From: Curvibacter sp.
Lineage (GTDB): Bacteria; Pseudomonadota; Gammaproteobacteria; Burkholderiales; Burkholderiaceae_C
Length of the DNA stretch: 64,000 nt
Reading direction: 5' to 3'
NCBI GenBank assembly: GCA_019233055.1
Contig: JAFAMV010000162.1
Span: 3,306 to 67,305, forward strand
Shown: positions 19,757 to 29,519 of the stretch, piece by piece
Layout of the letters: every line of letters starts with the position of its first letter
Position numbering within the stretch: the first letter of the stretch is position 1
The notes under the pieces: generated by a model
Told to the model about the DNA's origin: nothing
What the model saw: only the letters and a program-made list of their open reading frames with translations
The model's database searches: none
Made by a program: the position numbers and the translations under genes

Positions 19757-21156
19757 CCCCTGCCCTTTCGCTGCAAGACCTCGATCTCCCGGACCTCAAT
19801 CTCGCGACCGCAGCCCCGACCGACCGCCCCGCCGATGCCGACGACTCCGGCGACGCCCGCCTGGCCGACTATTTCCGCGACACCGAAGCCGCCGGCGATT
19901 CGCCCTGGGCCGGCCGCATCGAAGCCCATGGCGCCCTGATCGACGCCCTGCGCGCGCTGTTCCACGGACCGGCCGGCCTGGTGCGCCTGCGCCTGTGGGT
20001 GTTCATGACCCTGGTCGAACAGGGCAACGCCCTGTTCAACCGCGACGAGATCGACGCCCTGCTGCATGCGCTGCGCCCAGACGCCCTGGACACGGTGCTC
20101 AAACGCCTGCGCGAAAGCGGCCTGCTGGCCTGGGACGACACCCAGCGGCGCTACCAGGTCACGCCGCTGGCCCAGCAGCTGACCGCCGTGCTCAGCCCCC
20201 TGGCGACCGCCAGCCCCGCCGACGGCGAACTTGCCGGCCTGCTGGGCCAGGTGATCGGCGCCGAGCAACTGGGCACCCTGGACGTGAACCAGATCCAGAT
20301 GCTGCAGGCCCAGCTGGTGCGTCTGCATGCCGAGTTCTCGGACGCCATCGCCAGCGGCTCCGAATTCCGCCTGCGCGAGGCGCGCAAGCGCTACGAGCGC
20401 GCCGCCACCCTGATCGACCGCGCCAGCGACACCATCGCGGCCATCATCCACCAGGCCGACGGCCATGCCGGCCTCGAAAAGGCGGCCCGGGCCCTGGGCC
20501 AGGCCCAGTCGCGCCTGCTGGCCATGGCCAGCCAGTTCAACCGGGCCCTGCAGCAGGTCGACCGCCAGCGCGTCACCCTGGGCACCACCGGCATCACCAG
20601 CACCGATGTGAAGCGCTGGCTGCAGACCCTGCCGCAGGCCGGTCGCCTGCTCGACGGCGCCCTGGCCAGCGGCCTGATCCCGGCGGCGCTGGCGCCGCAC
20701 GACCTGCTGGACGTCACCGAGGCCGAGTTCGAACGCGACCGCCCCCAGGCCGGCCGGGCCGAAAGCCTGCCCCCCGCCCTCAGCGCCCCCCAGGGCAGCC
20801 TGGCCGCCGTGGCGCTGCCGCGCGAGCTGGGCGATCTGGCCGAACTGCTGGGCGCCTGGGCCACGGGCGGCCAAGCCGGCCTGCCGCGCCCGGTGGCCGA
20901 GGCCCTGCTCGGCCCCCAGCCGGCGCGCAGCCGCTACGCCCAGGTGGCCTACAAGACCCAGCTGCTGCCCCTGCTCGGCGACGCCCAGGCGCGCGAGCTG
21001 CCGGGCGCCACCGGCGCCCTGGCTCGCCAGCCCTGGCGTGTGCAGTGGCAGGCCGCCACCCAGGCCATCGACCACGACGAGATCGAACTGCTGAGCCAGG
21101 GCCAGCTCGTGCCCGCCGCCGACACGCCCGGCCAGCCCCCCGACAAGACCCCCTGA
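19753..21156 (+). CDS. hypothetical; kleisin-like candidate (MksF/JetA position) with winged-helix-like and coiled-coil segments
   Basis: 467 aa. Acidic disordered N-terminus, wHTH-like LVEQGNALFNRDEIDALLHALRPDALDTVLKRLRESGLLAWDD and helical Q/A/R/L-rich middle. Its start overlaps the rsmE stop (ATGA). The family call rests on size, order and context only. Confidence 0.45.
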   Translation: MTPALSLQDLDLPDLNLATAAPTDRPADADDSGDARLADYFRDTEAAGDSPWAGRIEAHGALIDALRALFHGPAGLVRLRLWVFMTLVEQGNALFNRDEIDALLHALRPDALDTVLKRLRESGLLAWDDTQRRYQVTPLAQQLTAVLSPLATASPADGELAGLLGQVIGAEQLGTLDVNQIQMLQAQLVRLHAEFSDAIASGSEFRLREARKRYERAATLIDRASDTIAAIIHQADGHAGLEKAARALGQAQSRLLAMASQFNRALQQVDRQRVTLGTTGITSTDVKRWLQTLPQAGRLLDGALASGLIPAALAPHDLLDVTEAEFERDRPQAGRAESLPPALSAPQGSLAAVALPRELGDLAELLGAWATGGQAGLPRPVAEALLGPQPARSRYAQVAYKTQLLPLLGDAQARELPGATGALARQPWRVQWQAATQAIDHDEIELLSQGQLVPAADTPGQPPDKTP

Positions 21157-21160
21157 CACC

Positions 21161-21841
21161 ATGGACGACGCTGCCCTCCTGATTGCCGAACTGCTGGCCC
21201 GCCGCTACCTGCCGCGCAGCCACCCGCGTGTGAAACGTGCCCTGGTCGACGCCGAGCTGTTCGCCCAGATCGAACAACGCCTGGCCCAGTCCGGCCTGCG
21301 CTGGATGGACAACATCTACGCCGACCATGTCAGCCTCGCCCTGCTGCCGGCCGCCCAGGTCGCGGTGCTCGGCGAAAGCGCCTTGAACGCCAGCAACAAC
21401 CTGGAGCTGCCGCGCGACGCGGTGGCCCTGCTGGTCGTGGTCTGGGCGTTGATCATCCTGCCCAAGCGCGAGCGCCAGACCAGCCGCACCGCCCCCGAGG
21501 CACCGCAGGACGACATGTTCGCCGGCGCCAAGCCCCTGCCCAGCGGGCGCGATGTCAGCCCCGTGCTCTCGTACAAGGCCCTGCTCGAGGACTACGGCAA
21601 CCAGCTCGGCAAGAAGATGCGCCTGGACGCCAACCTCAAGCTGCTGGAGCGCCACGGCTTCATCGGCCGGCGCCAGGACGAGATCACCGAAGGCCCGCTG
21701 CTCGACGTGCTGCTCGACTACGACGTGCTGGCCCCGCGCATCCTCGACGGGGCGCTGGCCGATGTGCTGCAGCGCGAACGCCTGAACCCGCCCGCCGACG
21801 CCCACCCCACCCCCACCGAAGCCGCCGACCAAGGGCTCTGA
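21161..21841 (+). CDS. hypothetical; MukE/MksE/JetB-like candidate
   Basis: 226 aa, 4 nt after the previous stop and 3 nt before the next start. Its size and position match the KITE subunit of Mks/Wadjet operons. I recognise no diagnostic motif. Confidence 0.4.
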   Translation: MDDAALLIAELLARRYLPRSHPRVKRALVDAELFAQIEQRLAQSGLRWMDNIYADHVSLALLPAAQVAVLGESALNASNNLELPRDAVALLVVVWALIILPKRERQTSRTAPEAPQDDMFAGAKPLPSGRDVSPVLSYKALLEDYGNQLGKKMRLDANLKLLERHGFIGRRQDEITEGPLLDVLLDYDVLAPRILDGALADVLQRERLNPPADAHPTPTEAADQGL

Positions 21842-21844
21842 GCC

Positions 21845-24673
21845 ATGTTTCACCTGCAAAGCCTGGAGCTGGTCCACTGGGACTACTGCCAACGCGTCAG
21901 CCTGCCGCTGGACGCCTCCATCATCACCATCGCCGGCCCCAACGGCTCGGGCAAGACCACGCTGCTCGACGCCATGCGCACCCTGCTGGGCCTGCGCTGC
22001 TCGCACCCGCGCGACTTCAAGACCTATGCGCGCCACGCCGGCGCGCAGACCGCCTGGCTGCGCGCGGTGGTCGACAACCGACCGCTGAACCGCCAGAGCA
22101 GCAGCCGGCCCTTCGCCCGCCGGCTGCTCTACAGCGACCAGGTCACCCTGGCCTGCCGCATCGAGCGCAACGGCGGCGACTGGCAGCGCCGCTACCTGGT
22201 GCAGGAAGGCGACCTGAGCATCGAGCAGCTCAGCGCCATGGCCGACAAGGACCTCGGCCTCATGGGCATCGAGGCCTGGAACCGGCTGCTCGCCAGCGCC
22301 GGTCTGTCGCCCGCCATCTGCAAGGTGCTGTCGCTCGAACAGGGCCAGACCGACCGGCTGTGCGAATTCAGCCCCAAGGAACTGCTGCGCCTGGTCTTCG
22401 ACGTGTTCGGCGACCAGGACGTGCTCGACGCCTACGACACCGCGCGCGAGCACCAGCAGCAACTGGCCCGCGAGATGGGCCAGGCAGAACACGAACTCGA
22501 CCACAGCCGCGCCCAGCTGGCCGAACTGCAGAACCGGGTCAGCAACTACCAGAGCTGGCAGCACAAGGTGCAGGAACGCGAGCGACTCGCCAGCGAGGTG
22601 CTGCCGGTGCTCGAATGGCATGGCGCCCGCCGCCGGCTGGCCGAGCGCGCCCGCGAACTGCGGCGCCAGCGCCAGCAGCTCGGCAGCACCCAGACCGAAC
22701 GCACGCAGCAGCAGGGCCGCCTGCTGGACCTGCTCAAGGAACGCAGCCGGGCGCAGGACGACGAGGCCCGCCTGCTGGCCGAACGCGACGAGGCCAACCG
22801 ACTGCGCGAACAGGCCCGCGACCTCGAGGCCCCGCTCGAGGCCCTGGTCAAGCGCGAAGCCGAACTGCTGGCCCTGATCACCGACGAGACCGACACCACC
22901 GCCCTGCACACCCGCCTGGCCGAACTCGAGGCCGAACTGCAGGGCCTGCAGGAACAGTCGGCCCGGCTGCGCGAGCGCGAGGCCCAGGCCCGGTCCAGCC
23001 TGGCCGGTCTGCAGGACCGCCAGGCCCCGCCGCCGCCCGAAGAGGCGCGCAAGCTGCGCCAGCGCCTGCAGCAGGCCGGCATCGCCCACCAGTTCCTGGC
23101 CGATGTGGTCGAGGTGCGTCACGAGCCCTGGCGCCACGCCATCGAAGGCGTGCTGCGACCCAACCGCTGGATCGTGCTGCTGGAGGACGGCGCCGACGAA
23201 CTGGCCGCCTACGAACTCGCCGAACGCGAACGCTACCGCCACTACATCGTGGCGCCGGCCGAATGCCAGCGCCCGTCCGGCCAGGCCCCCGCCCACAGCC
23301 TGCTGGCCCAGCTTCACTTCAGCGCCCCGGTGCCGCGCTGGCTGCTCCAGCAACTGGAGCGCCTGCGCTGCGTCGACAGCCCGAAGGCCGGCCGTCAATC
23401 GGGCGAGGCCTGGATCACGCCCCAGGCCTATGTCTACGACGGCCGCGGGGCCCGTTCGGTCTTCGTCGAGCCGCGCGACCACCAGTTCGGCACCGCAGCC
23501 CTGCAATCGCGCCAGGCGTCCGCCGAACAGGAGCTGCAGCGGGTGCAGGCCCAGCTGGGCGAACTCGGCGCCGCACTGGCGGCCACCAAACGCCTGCGCA
23601 GCGACGTGCAGCAGTCGCTGGCCGGCCACAGCGCCGCCGAAGAGCTGGCGCGGCGCAGCGAGGAATTCGCCCAGGCCCGCGCCAGCCTGCCCGCGGCCAA
23701 GCAGCAGCGCATCGGCCAGGGCCTGCGCTGGCAGACCCTGGACAAGGCCTATGCCGCCGCCCGGACCACCCTGGTGCAGGCCGAGAACGCCTACAACGCG
23801 CTGGGCGTGTCCCTCAGGCGCGGGGTCGAGGACGGCGAGCGCCTGCGCCAGGAGCTGGACCAGCGCTGCCGCAGCCTGCGACTCGACAGCGCCGCCTCGC
23901 GCCAACGCCGCAGCGCCTTCGCCCCCGGCTGGACCCGCCCCGAGGCCGTCAGCCGCCTCGTCGACACCTACCAGAACGACACCCAGGCGCGGCTGCGCCT
24001 GGCCTCGGTCGAGGAAGACCTGCAGCAGGAAGGCTGGGAGCACGATGCCACCGTGCAGGAACGCTACCAGCGCATGGAGCTCACGGTGCGCGAGCAGGGC
24101 TACAACCTGGACGACCACCAGGTGAAGAATGCCCAGGCCGCCACTGCGGTGCACAACGCCCGCGAGAGCTACATCGAGGTGCTGCGCGCCACCGTGCGCC
24201 GCTACCGCAACAACATCCGCGAACTCGGCCTGCTGGCCGGCGTGGACGTCGCCGCCGAACTGCCGGTGCTCGAGAACCACGACAGCGTGCTGGCCCAGGC
24301 CGGCCTCAAGGTGCATTTCAGCTTCGACGGCAAGGGCAGCATCGGCCTCAACGACGGCGAGGCCTCGGGCGGCCAGCAGGTCATCAAATCGCTGATCCTG
24401 CTGGTGGGCCTGCTCAAGGACGACGAGACCCCGGGCGGCTTCGTCTTCATCGACGAGCCCTTCGCCCACCTGGACGTGCGCAACATCCAGCTGGTGGGCC
24501 ATTTCCTGCGCAGCACCCAGGCCCAGTACGTGCTGACCACCCCGATCACCCACAACCTCGAGGTCTTCGAGCCCTCCGAGATCACCCTGGTGACCGGCAA
24601 GAAACCCAAGGACTCGAAATGGGCGCCCCCGATCGCGGTGGCCAAACGCCGGGCCCCGGCCGAGGTGGTGTGA
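21845..24673 (+). CDS. SMC-family ABC ATPase (MksB/JetC-like)
   Basis: 942 aa. N-terminal head LELVHWDYC...ITIAGPNGSGKTTLLDAM (Walker A), long heptad-like Q/R/E/L/A coiled coils, central hinge-like globular block (GIAHQFLADVVEVRHEPWRHAIEGVLRPNRWIVLLED) and a C-terminal head with signature EASGGQQ and Walker B FVFIDEPFAHLD. Confidence 0.8.
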   Translation: MFHLQSLELVHWDYCQRVSLPLDASIITIAGPNGSGKTTLLDAMRTLLGLRCSHPRDFKTYARHAGAQTAWLRAVVDNRPLNRQSSSRPFARRLLYSDQVTLACRIERNGGDWQRRYLVQEGDLSIEQLSAMADKDLGLMGIEAWNRLLASAGLSPAICKVLSLEQGQTDRLCEFSPKELLRLVFDVFGDQDVLDAYDTAREHQQQLAREMGQAEHELDHSRAQLAELQNRVSNYQSWQHKVQERERLASEVLPVLEWHGARRRLAERARELRRQRQQLGSTQTERTQQQGRLLDLLKERSRAQDDEARLLAERDEANRLREQARDLEAPLEALVKREAELLALITDETDTTALHTRLAELEAELQGLQEQSARLREREAQARSSLAGLQDRQAPPPPEEARKLRQRLQQAGIAHQFLADVVEVRHEPWRHAIEGVLRPNRWIVLLEDGADELAAYELAERERYRHYIVAPAECQRPSGQAPAHSLLAQLHFSAPVPRWLLQQLERLRCVDSPKAGRQSGEAWITPQAYVYDGRGARSVFVEPRDHQFGTAALQSRQASAEQELQRVQAQLGELGAALAATKRLRSDVQQSLAGHSAAEELARRSEEFAQARASLPAAKQQRIGQGLRWQTLDKAYAAARTTLVQAENAYNALGVSLRRGVEDGERLRQELDQRCRSLRLDSAASRQRRSAFAPGWTRPEAVSRLVDTYQNDTQARLRLASVEEDLQQEGWEHDATVQERYQRMELTVREQGYNLDDHQVKNAQAATAVHNARESYIEVLRATVRRYRNNIRELGLLAGVDVAAELPVLENHDSVLAQAGLKVHFSFDGKGSIGLNDGEASGGQQVIKSLILLVGLLKDDETPGGFVFIDEPFAHLDVRNIQLVGHFLRSTQAQYVLTTPITHNLEVFEPSEITLVTGKKPKDSKWAPPIAVAKRRAPAEVV

Positions 24674-24780
24674 GACCACCCCGTTGCTCCGCAGCCTGGC
24701 AACCGATGACTGCGCGCCGGTTTCATGCGTCGCGGGTGACGCGCAGCGCCTTGGACCACTGATGTGAGGCCAGGGCTGAT

Positions 24781-26319
24781 TCAGCGCTGACGGCCGAGCA
24801 CCCCGCGACGGTACTGCACCGCCTCGGCGACATGCGGGCTGCCGATGGGGCCGCCGCCGGCCAGGTCGGCCACGCTGCGCGCCACCTTGAGCACCCGGTG
24901 GATGCTGCGCGCCGACCAGCCCAGCTTCAGCGCCACCGCCTGCAGCAGGGCCAGGGCCTCGGGCTGCAGGCGGGCCTGCTCGTCGAGCGCCGCGCCCTGC
25001 AGGTCCTGGTTGCTGCAGCCCTGGCGCTGCAGGGCCAGGTCGCGCGCCTGCTGCACCCGGGCCCGGATGGCAGCGCTGCCCGCCCCCGGCGGCGCCTGCA
25101 GCAGTTGCTCCGGCGGCAGTGCGTTGACCTCGACCTGCAGGTCGATGCGGTCGAGCAGCGGCCCGCTGAGCTTGCCCTGGTAGCGCGTGACCTGCTCGGG
25201 CGTGCAACGGCAGGCCCGCAGGCTCGAGCCCAGGTAGCCGCAGGGACAGGGGTTCATCGCGGCCACCAGTTGGAAGGCGGCCGGGAACTCGCTGCGGCGC
25301 GCCGCCCGCGAGATCGTGATGCGGCGGGTCTCCAGCGGTTCGCGCAGGGCTTCGAGGGCGCTGCGCGGGAACTCGGCGATCTCGTCGAGGAAGAGCACGC
25401 CATGGTGCGCCAGCGAGATCTCGCCGGGGCGCGGCGGCGAGCCGCCACCCACCAGGGCCACTGCGCTGGCGGTGTGGTGCGGCTGCCGGGTCGGCCGCAG
25501 CGCCCATTGCTCAGGTGAAAAGCGGCCGTCCAGGCTGAACAGTGCCGCCGATTCGAGGGCCTCGTCCAGGCTCATGTCGGGCAGCAGGCCGGCGAAGCGC
25601 TGCGCCAGCATCGATTTGCCCGAGCCGGGCGGTCCCGACATCAACAGGCTGTGGCCGCCGGCGGCCGCGATCTCCAGGGCGCGCTTGGCCGCCGCCTGGC
25701 CCTTGACCTCGGCCAGGTCCGGGTAGTCGCTCTGGCGCGGCCGCGCCGGGCTGTCGAGCCGGCACCAGCCCTCGTCGGCCCCGACCGGGGCCGCCTCGGC
25801 CGACGGCGCAAAGGCCTGGACCACATCCAGCAGGTGGCGGGCGCGCCAGACCTGGGCTTCGGGGACCAGGGCCGCCTCCTCGGCGCTGCCCGGTGGCAGC
25901 ACCAGGCGGGCCGCAAGCCCCTGCCGGCGCAGGGCCAGGCTCATGGCCAGGGCACCCCGCACCGGGCGCAAGGCCCCCGACAGCGAGAGCTCGCCGGCAA
26001 ACTCATGCCCGGCCAGGCGGGCGGCATCGATCTGGCCGCTGGCGGCCAGCAGGCCGAGCGCGATCGGCAGATCGAAGCGGCCCGAGTCCTTGGGCAGATC
26101 GGCCGGCGCCAGGTTGACCGTGATGCGCTTGTTGTGTGGGAAGTCGAGCCCCGAGTTCTGCAGGGCCGAGCGCACGCGCTCGCGCGCCTCCTTGACCTCG
26201 ACCTCGGCCAGCCCGACCAGGGTGAAGCTGGGCAGCCCGTTGGCCAGATGCACCTCGACCGTCACCGGGGCGGCCTCCAGACCCAGCTGGGCCCGGCTTT
26301 GCACCAAAGAAAGACACAT
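24781..26319 (-). CDS. yifB: YifB/ComM family Mg-chelatase-like AAA+ ATPase
   Basis: SRAQLGLEAAPVTVEVHLANGLPSFTLVGL...RITVNLAPADLPKDSGRFDLPIALGLL...GPPGSGKSMLA...GVLFLDEI. I prefer the start at the internal Met (26319), because the longer ORF would cover the NtrC-like site of the divergent promoter. Confidence 0.9.
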   Translation of the reverse strand: MCLSLVQSRAQLGLEAAPVTVEVHLANGLPSFTLVGLAEVEVKEARERVRSALQNSGLDFPHNKRITVNLAPADLPKDSGRFDLPIALGLLAASGQIDAARLAGHEFAGELSLSGALRPVRGALAMSLALRRQGLAARLVLPPGSAEEAALVPEAQVWRARHLLDVVQAFAPSAEAAPVGADEGWCRLDSPARPRQSDYPDLAEVKGQAAAKRALEIAAAGGHSLLMSGPPGSGKSMLAQRFAGLLPDMSLDEALESAALFSLDGRFSPEQWALRPTRQPHHTASAVALVGGGSPPRPGEISLAHHGVLFLDEIAEFPRSALEALREPLETRRITISRAARRSEFPAAFQLVAAMNPCPCGYLGSSLRACRCTPEQVTRYQGKLSGPLLDRIDLQVEVNALPPEQLLQAPPGAGSAAIRARVQQARDLALQRQGCSNQDLQGAALDEQARLQPEALALLQAVALKLGWSARSIHRVLKVARSVADLAGGGPIGSPHVAEAVQYRRGVLGRQR

Positions 26320-26393
26320 CTCCAGATCGCTCCCCGCAACACCTTCACCAGAAGAGTGCATTTGTAATGGCTTCGGCGTAGGCTGGGCAGGTC

Positions 26394-26410
26394 TGCACCA
26401 AACAGGTGCC
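26394..26410 (+). promoter_or_regulatory. NtrC-type enhancer half-palindrome
   Basis: TGCACCAAACAGGTGCC versus the consensus TGCACC-N5-GGTGCA (one mismatch). It lies about 100 bp upstream of the sigma-54-like promoter. Confidence 0.5.
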
Positions 26411-26496
26411 TTTGTCACCATTCATTCACATAGAAAGGAGCCGTTCTGGGGCGTGCAGACCATTCAGGCCCTGATCAGACTGAGGGCATTCCGTGT

Positions 26497-26512
26497 TGGC
26501 ACGCAATGTGCA
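26497..26512 (+). promoter_or_regulatory. sigma-54 (-24/-12) promoter for porin-glnK-amtB
   Basis: TGGCACGCAATGTGCA fits TGGCAC-N5-TTGCA with GG-N10-GC spacing. It lies about 47 nt upstream of the GTG start at 26559. Confidence 0.6.
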
Positions 26513-26558
26513 TTAGTTCCGCATCCACCCGATGATTTTTTGTAAACAGGAGAACCCC

Positions 26559-27729
<1,171 letters not shown>

Positions 27730-27767
27730 AGCAAGACCGCTGTCGTGCCCAACAGAAAGTCCCAACC

Positions 27768-29342
27768 ATGAAAAAACTGTTTGCAACACTTGCCCTGGGT
27801 TTCGGGCTGATGCTCGGCGGCTCCGCCGTGCTGGCCCAGACCGCTGCCGCCCCTGCGGCGCCTGCCGCAGCCGCGCCGGCTGCCGCCGACGCCAAGGCCC
27901 CTGACGCTGCGGCGGCCCCGGCTGCTGCAGCTGCCGCCCCGGCCGCTGCGGCCGCTGCGCCGGCCGACGCCGCTGCAGCACCGGCTGCGGCAGCCCCCGC
28001 CCCGGTGGTGCCCAACAAGGGCGACACCGCCTGGATGATGGTCTCCACGCTGCTGGTGATCCTGATGACCGTGCCGGGCCTGGCCCTGTTCTACGGCGGC
28101 CTGGTCCGCAGCAAGAACATGCTGTCGGTGCTGATGCAGGTGATGGTCACCTTCTCGCTGATCGTCGTGCTGTGGTTCGTCTACGGCTACAGCCTGGCCT
28201 TCACCGAAGGCAACTCCTTCATCGGCGGCTTCGATCGCCTGTTCATGAAGGGCATCTGGGACAACGCCGCCGGCACCTTCGCGAACGCCGCCACCTTCAG
28301 CAAGGGTGTGGCGATTCCCGAGATCGTCTACGCCGCCTTCCAGGCCACCTTCGCCGGCATCACCTGCTGCCTGATCGTGGGCTCCTTCGCCGAGCGCATC
28401 AAGTTCTCCGCCGTGCTGGCCTTCATGGTCCTGTGGTTCACCTTCAGCTACGCCCCGATCGCCCACATGGTCTGGTTCTGGGAAGGTCCTGACGCCTACA
28501 CCACCAAGGAAATCGTCGACGCCACCAACGCCAAGGCCGGTCTGCTGTGGCAATGGGGCGCGCTGGACTTCGCCGGCGGCACCGTGGTGCACATCAACGC
28601 CGCTGTCGCCGGTCTGGTCGGCGCCTTCATGGTCGGCAAGCGCATCGGCTACGGCAAGGAGTCGATGGCTCCTCACAGCCTGACCCTGACCATGGTCGGC
28701 GCCTCGCTGCTGTGGGTGGGCTGGTTCGGCTTCAACGCCGGCTCCGCCCTGGAAGCCAACGGCTTCGCCGCCCTGGCCTTCATCAACACCTTCCTGGCCA
28801 CCGCCGCCGCCGTGCTGTCGTGGTCCCTGGGTGAAGCCCTGCACAAGGGCAAGGCCTCGATGCTGGGTGCCGCTTCCGGCGCCGTCGCCGGCCTGGTGGC
28901 CATCACCCCGGCCGCCGGCAACGTCGGCATCGCCGGTGCCGTGATCATCGGCCTGGTCGCCGGCTTCGTCTGCCTGTGGGGCGTGACGGGTCTGAAGAAG
29001 ATCCTGGGCGCCGACGACACCCTGGACGTGTTCGGCGTGCACGGCGTGGGCGGTATCCTGGGCGCGCTGCTGACCGGCGTGTTCAACTCCCCCAGCCTGG
29101 GCGGCCCGAGCTTCCCGGTCGACTGGTTCAGCGGCACCCTGGTGACGGCTGACGCCTACTCCATCGCAGCCCAGGTCTGGGTGCAGGCCAAGGCCGTGCT
29201 GGTGACCATCGTCTGGTCCGGCGTGGTCTCCATCGTGGCCTACAAGCTGGTCGACCTGACCATCGGCCTGCGCGTCAGCGAAGAAGACGAGCGCGAAGGC
29301 CTGGACATCTCGTCCCACGGCGAAACCGCCTACAACCGCTGA
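27768..29342 (+). CDS. amtB: ammonium transporter with long Ala/Pro-rich N-terminal extension
   Basis: Core motifs DTAWMMVSTLLVILMT.PGLALFYGGL, DFAGGTVVHINAA and GVHGVGGILGAL. It has a signal peptide plus a roughly 60-aa Ala/Pro tract before TM1. Confidence 0.95.
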   Translation: MKKLFATLALGFGLMLGGSAVLAQTAAAPAAPAAAAPAAADAKAPDAAAAPAAAAAAPAAAAAAPADAAAAPAAAAPAPVVPNKGDTAWMMVSTLLVILMTVPGLALFYGGLVRSKNMLSVLMQVMVTFSLIVVLWFVYGYSLAFTEGNSFIGGFDRLFMKGIWDNAAGTFANAATFSKGVAIPEIVYAAFQATFAGITCCLIVGSFAERIKFSAVLAFMVLWFTFSYAPIAHMVWFWEGPDAYTTKEIVDATNAKAGLLWQWGALDFAGGTVVHINAAVAGLVGAFMVGKRIGYGKESMAPHSLTLTMVGASLLWVGWFGFNAGSALEANGFAALAFINTFLATAAAVLSWSLGEALHKGKASMLGAASGAVAGLVAITPAAGNVGIAGAVIIGLVAGFVCLWGVTGLKKILGADDTLDVFGVHGVGGILGALLTGVFNSPSLGGPSFPVDWFSGTLVTADAYSIAAQVWVQAKAVLVTIVWSGVVSIVAYKLVDLTIGLRVSEEDEREGLDISSHGETAYNR

Positions 29343-29414
29343 GCCGGTTGCGCACCCTGGGGCGGCCACCCGTCCCAGGCAGGCGATTTTTTTTGAGAGT
29401 CTCCCTTGGATATT

Positions 29415-29442
29415 GGGCCCGCCTTGGCGGGCCCCTTTTTTT
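29415..29442 (+). terminator. rho-independent terminator after amtB
   Basis: GGGCCCGCC-TT-GGCGGGCCC followed by CTTTTTTT. Confidence 0.75.
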
Positions 29443-29519
29443 GCCATCGACGGAACCGGTACGTGCCTGGACGGCCCGGTGCCCGCAGGCACAATCGGGG
29501 CCATCCCTGTGAGGTCCCC

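Noticed and set aside
24674-24780. Searched for a JetD/MksG Toprim nuclease gene downstream of the SMC-like gene, which would make a complete Wadjet system.
   Set aside because: Only 107 nt of spacer follow, and then the convergent yifB/comM gene. No fourth gene exists on the plus strand, so the module cannot be called a canonical Wadjet locus.
20780-25507. 1575-aa minus-strand ORF. The same applies to other very long ORFs: 34-1599 +, 1169-3322 +, 3607-6393 +, 7383-9599 -, 14284-17847 +, 17894-19741 -, 19105-21162 -, 27525-30392 -, 31407-35456 -, 37173-39230 +, 39330-41315 +, 43485-46460 +.
   Set aside because: Their translations are Arg/Gly/Ala/Pro/His-rich low-complexity strings with no recognisable motifs. 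They lie antisense or out of frame to genes with clear family signatures. This is the typical stop-codon-poor artefact of very GC-rich DNA.
27837-28017. Repetitive GCN/CCG DNA that might look like a tandem repeat or CRISPR-like array.
   Set aside because: It is in frame within amtB and encodes an Ala/Pro tract. There is no repeat-spacer periodicity. No CRISPR array was seen anywhere in the window.
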